Below are positions 29,777 through 39,371 of a stretch of DNA of 64,000 nucleotides, piece by piece; position 1 is the stretch's first letter, and the number at the start of each line of letters is the position of its first letter. The stretch is from contig CAVRGP010000011.1 in assembly GCA_963720755.1 (NCBI GenBank), positions 224,001-288,000 of the forward strand, given 5' to 3'. The translations under genes were made by a program, and so were the position numbers. This DNA comes from an uncultured Chloroflexia bacterium (GTDB lineage: Bacteria; Chloroflexota; Limnocylindria; Limnocylindrales; CSP1-4). The notes beneath the pieces were generated by a model, which was not told where the DNA came from, did not search any database, and saw nothing but the letters and a program-made list of their open reading frames with translations.

Positions 29777-30996
29777 GACGATGGAGCGGGCGGATCGGTC
29801 TCGTCGGTCGGATCCACATCGACATCGGCCGCACTGCCCGGTGCCGGCTCTCGCGGGACGCGCACCGGGCGCCCGTCGCGTTCCTCCAGTCGACGGGCCG
29901 CCCGGCCGGCGACCGTCCGGTCGGCGGAGGTCCGCTCCAGGAACTCCATGGCGAACGCGGAAACGACGGCCGCGAACGGGATCCCGAAGATCGCGCCGGG
30001 GATGCCGGCGATCCGGCCGCCGATGAGGACCGAACCGAGCACGACGATCGGGTGGATGCCGACGGCCCCCTGCATGATCCGCGGCTGGAGGACGTTCATC
30101 ACGACGACCCAGCCCGCCCCCATCAGCAGGATCGTCGGGAGGACCAGGTCGGGTCGGAGCACGAGCGCGACGATCACCGGCGGGGTCCACGAGACGAACG
30201 GACCGAAGAACGGGATCATCTGGAGGAAGCCTGCCGAAACGGACGTCAGGGCGGCGAGCGGGAGGCCGAGCAGCAGGTTGGTGGCGAGGGCGATCAGGAA
30301 GTAGACGACGCCCATCAGGGCCTGTCCGCGGAGGAACCCGCCAAACGACCGCGAGACCGAGATCTCGAGGAGCCGCGACTCCACCGAGTACGACGGCGGC
30401 ACGATCCGGAACAGGAAGGCCAGGACGGCGTCCCGGTCGAGGACCATGTAGATCGACAGGAAGAAGACGATGAGCATCGTCCCGACGGCGCTCAGGCTGG
30501 CGACCGCGATCGCCTGGAGTGGCTGGACGAGACTGGCCGCGAGCACGTCGAGGTTGGCCAGGGCCGCCTCCGCCTGCGCGACCAGGTCGATCTGACCGAG
30601 GCCGATCGAGTCAAGGCGTTCCTGCCATGGGGCGACGATCGACGGCAGGTTCGCCCGGATGTCAGGGATCGAAGCCGCGAACTGGGAGATCGACGTGGCC
30701 AGCGCGCCGGCCGCGATCACCACCAGGACCACCAGGACCGCGACCACGGCGGTGTAGACGAGGATCGTCGCGGCTGCTCTCGGGAGATGGGGGATGGCAT
30801 TGACCATCCGGGTGACGACCGGGCTGATGATGAAGGCCAGCAGCCAGGCCAGGAAGAACGTCAGCAGGATGTCGCCGAAGTAGAAGAACAGGTCGGTCAG
30901 CAGGCTGACGATGTAGAAGACGAGGGCGACGACCCCGAGGATGAGCAGCGCGCTCAGGAGGCGTCGATCCCGCGGACCCGGCTGGACGTTCAGCAT
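29773..30996 (-). CDS. AI-2E (PerM) family transporter
   Basis: GGFLRGQ, IPFFGP, NVLQPRIMQGAVGIHP, GIPGAIFGIP. Confidence 0.88.
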   Translation of the reverse strand: MLNVQPGPRDRRLLSALLILGVVALVFYIVSLLTDLFFYFGDILLTFFLAWLLAFIISPVVTRMVNAIPHLPRAAATILVYTAVVAVLVVLVVIAAGALATSISQFAASIPDIRANLPSIVAPWQERLDSIGLGQIDLVAQAEAALANLDVLAASLVQPLQAIAVASLSAVGTMLIVFFLSIYMVLDRDAVLAFLFRIVPPSYSVESRLLEISVSRSFGGFLRGQALMGVVYFLIALATNLLLGLPLAALTSVSAGFLQMIPFFGPFVSWTPPVIVALVLRPDLVLPTILLMGAGWVVVMNVLQPRIMQGAVGIHPIVVLGSVLIGGRIAGIPGAIFGIPFAAVVSAFAMEFLERTSADRTVAGRAARRLEERDGRPVRVPREPAPGSAADVDVDPTDETDPPAPSS

Positions 30997-31000
30997 GGCA

Positions 31001-32020
31001 TCAGCGCAAGCCCATCTTCTCCCGCACCTCGTCCATCGTCGCCTCCGCGATCGGGCGGATGCGTTCGGCTCCAGCCGCCAGGATCTCGTCGACCCGACGC
31101 GGGTCGGCCATCAACTCGGTGAACCGGTCACGAGCCTCAGCGTAGCGCGAGATGATCCGCTCGGCGAGGATCCGCTTCATGTCGACGCAGCCGGTTCGTG
31201 CCGTCCGTTCGCCATCCCACAGCGATTCGTAGTCGTCGCCGAAGGCCCGCTGCAACTGGCACACGTTGCAGACTTCCGGCCGGCCCGGGTCGGTCCGCAG
31301 GATCCGCTGGGTATCGGTGACCATGGACATGATCTGCTTGCGGATGACCTCCGGCGGGCCGAGCACGTCGATCGTGTTGCCGACCGACTTGGACATCTTG
31401 CGCACGCCGTCGGTGCCGAGCACGGTCGGTGCGTCCGTGTAGACGGCCTTCGGCTCGGGGAAGGTCTCCCCGTAGCGGGCATTGAAGGCTCGCACGATCT
31501 CGCGCGACAGCTCCAGGTGGGCGGCCTGGTCCTTGCCCACCGGCACGAGGGAGGCCTTGTAGATGATGATGTCGGCGGCCTGCAGCACCGGGTAGGCGAG
31601 CAGGCCGTGGTTGACGTCCTCGGGCTGGTGCTCGCGCTTCTCCTTGTAGGTCGGGGTGCGTTCCAGCCAGCTGACCGGGGTGACGGTCGACAGCAGCCAG
31701 GCCAGCTCCGTGACCTCGGGCCGATGACTCTGGACGAACAACGTGCAGCGGTCGGGGTCGAGCCCGAGGGCCAGCAGCGAGGCCGCCATCTCCCGGGTCC
31801 GACTACGGAGGACGTGCGCATCGTGGGTGCTCGTCAGGGCGTGGTAGTCGACGATGCAGTAGATCGCCTCGTACTCGTCCTGGAGTCGCACATAATTCCG
31901 GACCGCGCCGAGATCGTTGCCCAGATGGACGATCCCGGACGGCTGGATGCCTGAGAAGATCCGAGGTGCCTTGTCGGGCGACGCGAGTGGAGCGGGGGCG
32001 GGCGCGAGCTCGGTGGTCAT
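31001..32020 (-). CDS. trpS: Tryptophan--tRNA ligase
   Basis: FSGIQPSG-HLGN, YPVLQAADI, VPVGKDQ, KMSKS. Confidence 0.96.
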   Translation of the reverse strand: MTTELAPAPAPLASPDKAPRIFSGIQPSGIVHLGNDLGAVRNYVRLQDEYEAIYCIVDYHALTSTHDAHVLRSRTREMAASLLALGLDPDRCTLFVQSHRPEVTELAWLLSTVTPVSWLERTPTYKEKREHQPEDVNHGLLAYPVLQAADIIIYKASLVPVGKDQAAHLELSREIVRAFNARYGETFPEPKAVYTDAPTVLGTDGVRKMSKSVGNTIDVLGPPEVIRKQIMSMVTDTQRILRTDPGRPEVCNVCQLQRAFGDDYESLWDGERTARTGCVDMKRILAERIISRYAEARDRFTELMADPRRVDEILAAGAERIRPIAEATMDEVREKMGLR

Positions 32021-32140
32021 GGCTCGCGAGTGTAGCGGACGGCACGGGCCGGCCGATCGCCCGCCAGCCTCCGGCCGCGTCGGCCACCCGCGCCCGTCGG
32101 CTACCATTCGGCGGATGTCCCGACCGATCGCCCGCAGACC

Positions 32141-33259
32141 ATGACCGCAGCCCCACTGCGCGTCGGTGTCCTCGGCGCCGGCACCGTCGGACGCGAGGTC
32201 ATCGCGGCGCTGTCGAGCGGAGTCGGCGAGCTCCGGTCGTCCGACGGTCTCCCGATCCAGCTGCGCGCCATCGCGGTCCGTGACATCGGGCGGGCTGCCG
32301 CATCCGGTCTGCCGACCGACATCCTCACCGACGCCCCGGCCCATGTCGTCGGCGACGATGCGATCGATGTGATCGTCGAGCTGATGGGCGGGGACGAGCC
32401 GGCCCGCACCCTCATCGCCGCCGCGCTGTCGATGGGCAAGGGCGTGGTCACGGCCAACAAGCACGTCATCGCCCACCACGGCCCGGAACTTGAGGCCATC
32501 GCCCGACGGACCGGCGCGGCGTTGCGGTTCGAGGCGTCGGTCGGCGGCGGGATCCCGGTCCTCGGTCCGCTGGCCGGCGACCTCGCCGCGAACCGGATCG
32601 AACGTGTCCGCGGGATCGTCAACGGCACCACGAACCACATCATCACAGCGATGACCGACCCGTCCCACCCGCTCGACTATGGGTCCGCGCTGGCCGAGGC
32701 GCAGCGGCTGGGGTACGCCGAAGCCGATCCGAGCGGCGATGTCGAGGGGCACGATGCCGTCAACAAGCTCGTCATCCTGGCCCGCCTCGCCTTCGACCGG
32801 TGGCTCGACCCGGAGGCCATCCAGGTCCGCCCCGACGGCGTGGATGGTCCGGCCGGTGCCGGGATCACGACCGTGACGACCGCCGATCAGGCAGATGCTC
32901 GCCGGATCGACCGGATCATCCGTCTGATCGCCACCGCCTCAGTCGGCGCGGATGGGACGATAAGGGCCGCCGTCCTGCCCACGGCTATACCGGTCGACTC
33001 ACCGCTCGGCCGCACCGGCGGGGTCCAGAACCGGATCGAGATCGATGCCGCGCCGGTCGGGCGGCTGGGGTTCGACGGGCTTGGCGCCGGGGGCGCAGCA
33101 ACGTCGTCGGCCGTGCTCGGGGACCTGCTGGCGATCGCCCGGCTCGGTGGCTCGACCTGGGCCGGACACCTGACGGCGGAACCGGCCGGTCCTGTCGCGC
33201 CGCCGCGGTTCGAGACGTTCGAGGCACGGAGTGGCATCCGGTATCCGATCGATGACTGA
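32141..33259 (+). CDS. hom: Homoserine dehydrogenase (no ACT domain)
   Basis: [39 protein letters not shown]. Confidence 0.93.
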   Translation: MTAAPLRVGVLGAGTVGREVIAALSSGVGELRSSDGLPIQLRAIAVRDIGRAAASGLPTDILTDAPAHVVGDDAIDVIVELMGGDEPARTLIAAALSMGKGVVTANKHVIAHHGPELEAIARRTGAALRFEASVGGGIPVLGPLAGDLAANRIERVRGIVNGTTNHIITAMTDPSHPLDYGSALAEAQRLGYAEADPSGDVEGHDAVNKLVILARLAFDRWLDPEAIQVRPDGVDGPAGAGITTVTTADQADARRIDRIIRLIATASVGADGTIRAAVLPTAIPVDSPLGRTGGVQNRIEIDAAPVGRLGFDGLGAGGAATSSAVLGDLLAIARLGGSTWAGHLTAEPAGPVAPPRFETFEARSGIRYPIDD

Positions 33260-34337
33260 TGCGACCTCCGCTCCCGGTCCGGTCCGGCCCCGCCTCCTCG
33301 AGCGGTATCGCGGATTCCTGCCGATCACGGAGGCGACGCCCGCGCTGACCCTCGGGGAGGGGTTCACCCCGCTGGTCAAGGCGGACCGGCTCGGGGCGGC
33401 CCTCGGCCTGACCGAGCTCTACCTCAAGGTCGAGGGCCAGAACCCGACGGGATCGTTCAAGGATCGAGGGATGGTCCTCGCGGTCGCCAAGGCCATGGAG
33501 GCCGGTGCCGAGGCGATCGTCTGTGCGTCGACCGGCAACACGTCGGCGTCCGCGGCGGCGTACGGCGCGGCCGCCGGGCTGGAGGTCATCATCGTCCTGC
33601 CGAAGGGCCAGATCGCGGTCGGCAAGCTGCTCCAGACGATGATGGCCGGCGCCCGGGTCGTGGCCATCGACGGGAACTTCGATCAGGCCCTGACCATCGT
33701 CCGGGCCCTCGCGGAACAGGACGATCATCCGGTCACCCTGGTCAACTCCGTCAATCCGCACCGGCTGCAGGGCCAGAAGACGGCCGCGTTCGAGGTGTGC
33801 GACGTGCTCGGGCGGGCCCCGGATGTCCTGGCCATCCCGGTCGGCAACGCCGGCAACATCAGTGCCTACTGGGACGGATTCCTCGACTATTCGGCCGCCG
33901 GTCTCATCGCGGCGCGGCCGCGGATGTGGGGGTTCCAGGCGGCCGGTGCAGCGCCTCTCGTGGTCGGGCACCGGATCGACCGGCCGGACACGATCGCGAC
34001 CGCCATCCGGATCGGCGATCCGGCATCGGCCGCCAAGGCGATCGCCGCACGAGACGCGTCATCGGGCCGGATCAGCGCGGTGACGGACGAGGAGATCCTG
34101 TCGGCCTACCGGGCGCTCGCCCGGTATGAAGGGGTCTTCTGCGAACCGGCTTCCGCCGCGAGTGTCGCCGGCGTGACCAAGGCGGTCGGCGCCGGAGAAC
34201 TCGGCCCCGACGACACCGTCGTCTGCGTCCTGACCGGCCACGGACTCAAGGATCCGACGACCGCCGAACGATCAGTAGGGCCGTTCCTCGAGGCCGACGC
34301 GACGACCGGGGCGGTCGCCGTGGCCCTCGGCTGGTAG
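33252..34337 (+). CDS. thrC: Threonine synthase
   Basis: [39 protein letters not shown]. Confidence 0.95.
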   Translation: MTDATSAPGPVRPRLLERYRGFLPITEATPALTLGEGFTPLVKADRLGAALGLTELYLKVEGQNPTGSFKDRGMVLAVAKAMEAGAEAIVCASTGNTSASAAAYGAAAGLEVIIVLPKGQIAVGKLLQTMMAGARVVAIDGNFDQALTIVRALAEQDDHPVTLVNSVNPHRLQGQKTAAFEVCDVLGRAPDVLAIPVGNAGNISAYWDGFLDYSAAGLIAARPRMWGFQAAGAAPLVVGHRIDRPDTIATAIRIGDPASAAKAIAARDASSGRISAVTDEEILSAYRALARYEGVFCEPASAASVAGVTKAVGAGELGPDDTVVCVLTGHGLKDPTTAERSVGPFLEADATTGAVAVALGW

Positions 34338-34342
34338 GGAGG

Positions 34343-35308
34343 ATGACGATGGGCCAATGGCTGGCAGAACTCGATGGCAACAAGATCACGGTCGAGGTGC
34401 CGGCATCGTCGGCCAACCTCGGAGCCGGATACGACTGCATCGGGATGGCCCTGGCGATCACCGACCGGATCGAGCTGGAGGTGCGTGCCTGGAGCCGCGG
34501 TGAGATCGAGATCACGGTCGAGGGTGAAGGTGCCGGCGAACTTCCGGGCGATCGGGACAACCGGTTCGTCCGCGGACTGGAAGGCGCCCTGCGAGCGGCT
34601 CGAGGCCCGCTTCCGGACGGCCTCGGGTGGCGCATCTCGATGCACAACGAGATCCCCCTCGCTCGGGGCCTCGGATCGTCGGCGGCCGCGACCGTCGGTG
34701 GCGTGCTGGTCGGCAACAGCCTGGCTGGCGACGCGCTGTCGATGCCGGAGATGCTCAAGATCGCCACCGACATCGAGGGACACCCGGACAACGCGGCGGC
34801 CGCGCTTCTCGGCGGGTTCGTCGTGTCCACGACGGCGCGGACCACGGTCGAGGCGATCCGGTTCGAGGCGCCCCGCGACCTTCGGGCAGTGCTGTTCATC
34901 CCGGACCTGCGCCTGCCGACCGACGCGATGCGGGCGGCCCTGCCGAGCGTCGTCCCGCTCGAGGATGCGGTGGCCAACCTCGGAGCCGTCGCGGTCGGCG
35001 TGGCCGGTCTGGCGACCGGGCATTTCGGCCTGCTATCGCTTCTCACCACGGACCGATTGCACGAGCGATATCGGGCGGCGGTCTACCCGCAGCTGCCGGC
35101 GATGGTCGAGGCCGCCCGCGAGGCCGGTGCCCTGGGCGCCTGCCTGTCCGGAGCGGGTTCGACCATCCTTGCGTTCGTCGACTCGATGACCGGGATCGCC
35201 CGGGTGGAGGCGGCCTTCGCCGCGGCCGCTGCCGATACCGACCTGGTCGGCCGGATGGTGGTCGTCGAGCCGCGCAACGTCGGGGCCAGGGTGGTCAGCC
35301 GGACCTGA
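34343..35308 (+). CDS. thrB: Homoserine kinase
   Basis: PASSANLGAGYD, PLARGLGSSAA, GHPDNA, LSGAGST. Confidence 0.95.
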   Translation: MTMGQWLAELDGNKITVEVPASSANLGAGYDCIGMALAITDRIELEVRAWSRGEIEITVEGEGAGELPGDRDNRFVRGLEGALRAARGPLPDGLGWRISMHNEIPLARGLGSSAAATVGGVLVGNSLAGDALSMPEMLKIATDIEGHPDNAAAALLGGFVVSTTARTTVEAIRFEAPRDLRAVLFIPDLRLPTDAMRAALPSVVPLEDAVANLGAVAVGVAGLATGHFGLLSLLTTDRLHERYRAAVYPQLPAMVEAAREAGALGACLSGAGSTILAFVDSMTGIARVEAAFAAAAADTDLVGRMVVVEPRNVGARVVSRT

Positions 35309-35324
35309 TGGTGCCGTTCGCGAC

Positions 35325-36098
35325 CTAGCCGTCGCTGACGGTGTGGGCGCGCACGAAGCCGAGCACCTCGTCCCATGCCGCCGCGCTCTCCGCAGCGAAG
35401 TCGGCGGCCTTCCGATCGAAGAAGCTGTGTGGGGCGCCGGGGTAGGCGACGAGGCGGTGTTCGATGCCGGCCCCTGACAGGGCGACATCGAAGGCATCGA
35501 TGTCCTGCTGCGGGATGCTCCCGTCCGCGCCGCCGAACAGACCGAGGACCGGGCACTCCATCTCATCGACCACCTCGACCGGGATCGGCGTACCGTTCGC
35601 CCGCGCTCCGACCGGTGAGCCGTAGAATCCGATCGCGCCGGAAAGCCCCAGCCTGAGCGTCGGCGTCGCGAGTGCCAGTCGGCCTCCGAAGCAGAACCCG
35701 ACCGTGAACAGCTGGCCACCGCCGGCGTGGCCGCGCAGTTCGGTCGCGGCGGCGCGGATGTCGGCGGTCAGACCCGCGATCGTCGTCCTCTCGACATGGG
35801 GCATGTAGTCGAACGTGTCGTCTCGAGCGGTTTCGATCCCTGCCGTGCGCCCGAAGTAGTCGATCGCCAGGGCGTCGACCCCCGCCTCCGCGAACCGCAG
35901 GGCCAGTTCCTCGTAGTACGGATGCAGGCCGCGAACGTCCGGCAGGATGACGATGGCGGCTCCGCTGGGCCGGGCCGGTCGGGCGCGGAACGCGAGGAAC
36001 CGATTGCCGTCACCGGCGTCGAGCACCAACGAGGCATGGTCCAGCGAGCCACCCGCGATCGGGGCGATGGGCGGACGGCTGTCGAGATCGAAACACAT
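35325..36098 (-). CDS. Dienelactone hydrolase family protein
   Basis: GFCFGG nucleophile motif, FGGAD, YPGAPHSF. Confidence 0.9.
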   Translation of the reverse strand: MCFDLDSRPPIAPIAGGSLDHASLVLDAGDGNRFLAFRARPARPSGAAIVILPDVRGLHPYYEELALRFAEAGVDALAIDYFGRTAGIETARDDTFDYMPHVERTTIAGLTADIRAAATELRGHAGGGQLFTVGFCFGGRLALATPTLRLGLSGAIGFYGSPVGARANGTPIPVEVVDEMECPVLGLFGGADGSIPQQDIDAFDVALSGAGIEHRLVAYPGAPHSFFDRKAADFAAESAAAWDEVLGFVRAHTVSDG

Positions 36099-36187
36099 CA
36101 GGCGAACCTCCGGCGGCGGGACGCGACCATGGTCGCAGACCGGCCCCGTCCGGATCCAGGACGTCCAGCGGGTAGAATGCCCCGGCC

Positions 36188-37459
36188 ATGCCTGCCCCGC
36201 TCGTCGTCCAGAAATACGGTGGCTCGTCGGTGGCCGACGCCGACCGCATCAGGCAGGTCGCCGGCCGGATCGCCCGCGACCACGCCGCAGGACTCGACCT
36301 CGTCGTCGTCGTCTCGGCGATGGGCGACACGACCGATGAGTTACTCGGCCTGGCTGCGGCGATCACCGACGAGCCCGACCCGCGCGAGCTCGATGTCCTG
36401 CTGGCTACGGGAGAGCACCAGAGCGCGACCCTCCTGTCGATGGCGTTGCAGGGCCTGGGCGTCGATGCGATCAGCCTGACCGGGCCGCAGGCCGGGATCA
36501 CCACGGACGGTCGCTATGGCCGGGCTCGGATCGCCGGGATCGACCCGAGGCGGGTGCGCGCCGAGCTCAGCGTGGGCAAGGTCGTCATCGTGGCGGGGTT
36601 CCAGGGCCAGAGCGCGCGGGCCGTGGAGGATGACGAGATCACGACACTGGGTCGCGGCGGCAGCGATACCACCGCCGTGGCGCTCGCCGCCAGCATGGGT
36701 GCGGAACGTTGCCAGATCTTCACGGATGTCAACGGCGTGTACACGGCTGACCCGCGGCTGGTCGGGAAGGCACGCCAGTTGCACCTGATCGGTTACGAGG
36801 AGATGCTCGAACTCGCCCACCAGGGCGCCCAGGTCCTGCAGGTCCGCGCCGTCGAACTGGGATGGATCAACGACCTCGTCATCGAGGTCCTGAGCTCGTT
36901 CGAGGATGCACCGGGTACGCTCATCACGGAGGACCCACTCGTGGAGCAGCGCAACAAGGTCCGTGGCCTGGCCCACGACCGGAACGTCGCCAAGGTCACC
37001 GTCGTGGCCGTGCCGGACCGACCGGGCGTGGCGCGATCGATCTTCGAGCCATTGGCGGCGGCGTCGATCAACATCGACATGATCGTCCAGAACGTGGGTC
37101 ATGGCGGTGAGACCGACCTCTCGTTCACCGTCCCCCGGGTCGAACTGGCGGCGGCCAAGAAGGCCCTCGAACCACTCGTGCGCACGCTCGGCGCTCGGGA
37201 GCTCACGACCGATACGTCCGTCGCCAAGGTATCGATCGTCGGCGCCGGCCTGCACAACGCGCCCGGGTATGCCGCCCGGATGTTCGGGACGCTCGCCGAC
37301 GCTGGCGTCAACATCGAGATGATCTCGACATCCGAAGTGCGGATCACGTGCATGATCGCCGAGGCCGATCTCGAGACCGCGCTGCGGGCGCTCCACGATG
37401 CCTTCGAGCTCGAGCGGCCGGAACCCGTCGACGCGGTCGACCCGGCGGTGGCGACGTGA
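36188..37459 (+). CDS. lysC: Aspartate kinase
   Basis: QKYGGSSV, VSAMGDTTD, TLGRGGSDTTA, two ACT domains. Confidence 0.96.
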   Translation: MPAPLVVQKYGGSSVADADRIRQVAGRIARDHAAGLDLVVVVSAMGDTTDELLGLAAAITDEPDPRELDVLLATGEHQSATLLSMALQGLGVDAISLTGPQAGITTDGRYGRARIAGIDPRRVRAELSVGKVVIVAGFQGQSARAVEDDEITTLGRGGSDTTAVALAASMGAERCQIFTDVNGVYTADPRLVGKARQLHLIGYEEMLELAHQGAQVLQVRAVELGWINDLVIEVLSSFEDAPGTLITEDPLVEQRNKVRGLAHDRNVAKVTVVAVPDRPGVARSIFEPLAAASINIDMIVQNVGHGGETDLSFTVPRVELAAAKKALEPLVRTLGARELTTDTSVAKVSIVGAGLHNAPGYAARMFGTLADAGVNIEMISTSEVRITCMIAEADLETALRALHDAFELERPEPVDAVDPAVAT

Positions 37460-37487
37460 CCGTCTGTCGTCGGTTCCGGCCCCGCCG

Positions 37488-38312
37488 ATGACTGCCGTCC
37501 TCGCTCGGCTCGAGCGCTTCGACCGGGTCGGTTCGACCAATGACGTCGTTCGCGACTGGCTGGCCGAAGGCACACCCGAAGTGTGCCTGGCCGTGGCCTC
37601 CGAGCAGACCGACGGCCGTGGTCGCCAGGGCCGGGCATGGGTGGGACCACCCGGCCAGGCCCTGCTGCTGTCGGTCGGGTTCCGCCCGACGTGGGTGGAT
37701 CCCGCCGGCGTGTGGCGACTCGCGGCGACGGTGTCCATGGCGATGGCCGAAGCCGCCGAGGCGATGGCCGGTCTGCCGGCCGGTTCGATCCGCCTGAAGT
37801 GGCCGAACGACCTCGTCGTCGAGGTGGCGGGTCGGCCAGATGCGCCGGGCGCGGTCCGCAAGCTCGCCGGCGTCCTTGGCGAGACCGCCGGGCTCGGGAC
37901 GCTGGACCCGTCCGCCGTCGTCGGGATCGGGATCAACACCGACTGGTCGGCGTCGGACTTCCCGGCCGACCTGAAGTCATCGATGACGTCACTCCGCGAG
38001 GTCGGCGGTCGGCCGGTCGATGGTGCTGCGCTACTCGATCGCTTCATCGAGCGACTCGGGGCGCGGATCGACGACCTGCGCGAGTCCGGTCGGTTCGACG
38101 CGGTGGCATGGGCGGACCGGCAGGTCACGACCGGACGGATGATCCGGCTCGAGCGTCCCGATGGCGCCCTGTCGGCGCTCGCGGTCGGCGTCGACCCGAC
38201 GACGGGCGCCCTCATCATCCGCGAACCCGGGCCGTCCGGGCTGGACCGGTCGGTGGTTGTCGGCGAAGTCAGCCACCTCCGGTTCGTGGACCCAGTCGCG
38301 GCCGGGGTGTAA
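37488..38312 (+). CDS. birA: Biotin--acetyl-CoA-carboxylase ligase (group I, no HTH)
   Basis: GSTND, EQTDGRGRQGRAW, LKWPND, RKLAGVL, GIGIN. Confidence 0.92.
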   Translation: MTAVLARLERFDRVGSTNDVVRDWLAEGTPEVCLAVASEQTDGRGRQGRAWVGPPGQALLLSVGFRPTWVDPAGVWRLAATVSMAMAEAAEAMAGLPAGSIRLKWPNDLVVEVAGRPDAPGAVRKLAGVLGETAGLGTLDPSAVVGIGINTDWSASDFPADLKSSMTSLREVGGRPVDGAALLDRFIERLGARIDDLRESGRFDAVAWADRQVTTGRMIRLERPDGALSALAVGVDPTTGALIIREPGPSGLDRSVVVGEVSHLRFVDPVAAGV

Positions 38313-38333
38313 CACGATGACCCGATCTGCGTT
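38308..38333 (+). promoter_or_regulatory. Candidate ECF-type promoter TGTAAC-N16-CGTT
   Basis: AAC/CGT motifs with typical spacing at the start of the ECF sigma gene. Confidence 0.5.
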
Positions 38334-38943
38334 CTGGAAGGTAGGCCATCCGGAGGAGGACGGCCCGCGCCATGGCGATCTCGACCACGATCGACGTCTG
38401 GTCGAGGCGGCCAAGGCGGATCCGGCCCGCTTCGAGGCCCTCTATCGGAAGTACCTGGCCCAGGTGTACAGCTACGCGTTCTACGAGCTGCGCGACCCCC
38501 ACGATGCGGAAGATGCCACCGCACGAACCTTTCTCGCTGCCCTGGCCAACCTCGGTCGGTTCGAGGAGCGCGCTCGCCCGGCCGATGGCGACGGAGCCTC
38601 GACCTTCCGGGTGTGGCTATTCCAGATCGCCCGGAACGCCGTGGCCGAACGCCGGCGCCGTCAGCAGCGACGCCCCGAGGCGCCTCTCGAAGCCGCTGGA
38701 GCGATCGCATCGCCGATCGATGTCGAAGGTGACGCCGCCCGTCATGACGAGGCGTTTGCCGCCTGGAGCGCCGTGGGTCGTCTGCCGGACGACCGGCGCC
38801 GGGCGCTCGTCCTGCGCTTCGTGGATGAGATGACGACCAGGGAGATCGCGGGCGTCCTGGGCCGATCCGAAGGGGCCGTCCGGGTCCTCATCCACCGCGC
38901 ATTGCGCAGCCTCGCTCGCGACCTCGACGACCCGGCCGGATGA
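38317..38943 (+). CDS. ECF RNA polymerase sigma factor
   Basis: FEALYRKY, DAEDAT, FRVWLFQIARN, REIAGVLGRSEGAVRVLIHRA. Start uncertain. Confidence 0.9.
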   Translation: MTRSAFWKVGHPEEDGPRHGDLDHDRRLVEAAKADPARFEALYRKYLAQVYSYAFYELRDPHDAEDATARTFLAALANLGRFEERARPADGDGASTFRVWLFQIARNAVAERRRRQQRRPEAPLEAAGAIASPIDVEGDAARHDEAFAAWSAVGRLPDDRRRALVLRFVDEMTTREIAGVLGRSEGAVRVLIHRALRSLARDLDDPAG

Positions 38944-39371
38944 CGGGCCTCAGCGGGCGGGACGCGATCGAGATCGAAGCCCTGGTCACCGACCGATACC
39001 TCGATTCGTTGCTGGACGCCCACGCCCGAGGGGCCGATCGCGCTCCCGCGGCCACGCTTCCGTCGCTCCCGATCCGTACGGTCGCCGACCGATTGGCACG
39101 GGACCTTCCCCGCTACCACCCCTCATTTCGGTTCGAGGAGGCGCTGGCCGGCCGCCTGGCCGCGGTGGCCGAGACGATGCGTGCCCACGGTGGCCCAGGC
39201 CCGCAGGTCGTGGCCTTCCCCGGCGGACCGATCGGATCCGATGTCCGGCCGGCCCGTGGTCGTCCGCTTCTCGTTGGCGGCGCGGTCACGTCCGCGGCCC
39301 TGTCGCTCGCCGGTGCTGGCTATCTCGTCTGGCGCCGGGTTCGCCCCTCGGCTGGGTCGAGGGCGATCTGA
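38940..39371 (+). CDS. Putative anti-sigma or membrane-anchored partner of the ECF factor
   Basis: ATGA overlap with the sigma gene, PSFRFEEAL motif, C-terminal TM helix, TGATG overlap with accDA. Confidence 0.6.
   Translation: MTGLSGRDAIEIEALVTDRYLDSLLDAHARGADRAPAATLPSLPIRTVADRLARDLPRYHPSFRFEEALAGRLAAVAETMRAHGGPGPQVVAFPGGPIGSDVRPARGRPLLVGGAVTSAALSLAGAGYLVWRRVRPSAGSRAI

Noticed and set aside
32021-32140. T-box before trpS or a Thr-rich attenuator before hom
   Set aside because: The region is too short, with no T-box consensus and no Thr/Ile-rich peptide.
38372-38833. Out-of-frame ORF with a GGAGGAGG-like SD inside the sigma gene
   Set aside because: The product is low-complexity and the SD-like run is explained by Glu-Glu-Asp codons of the sigma frame.
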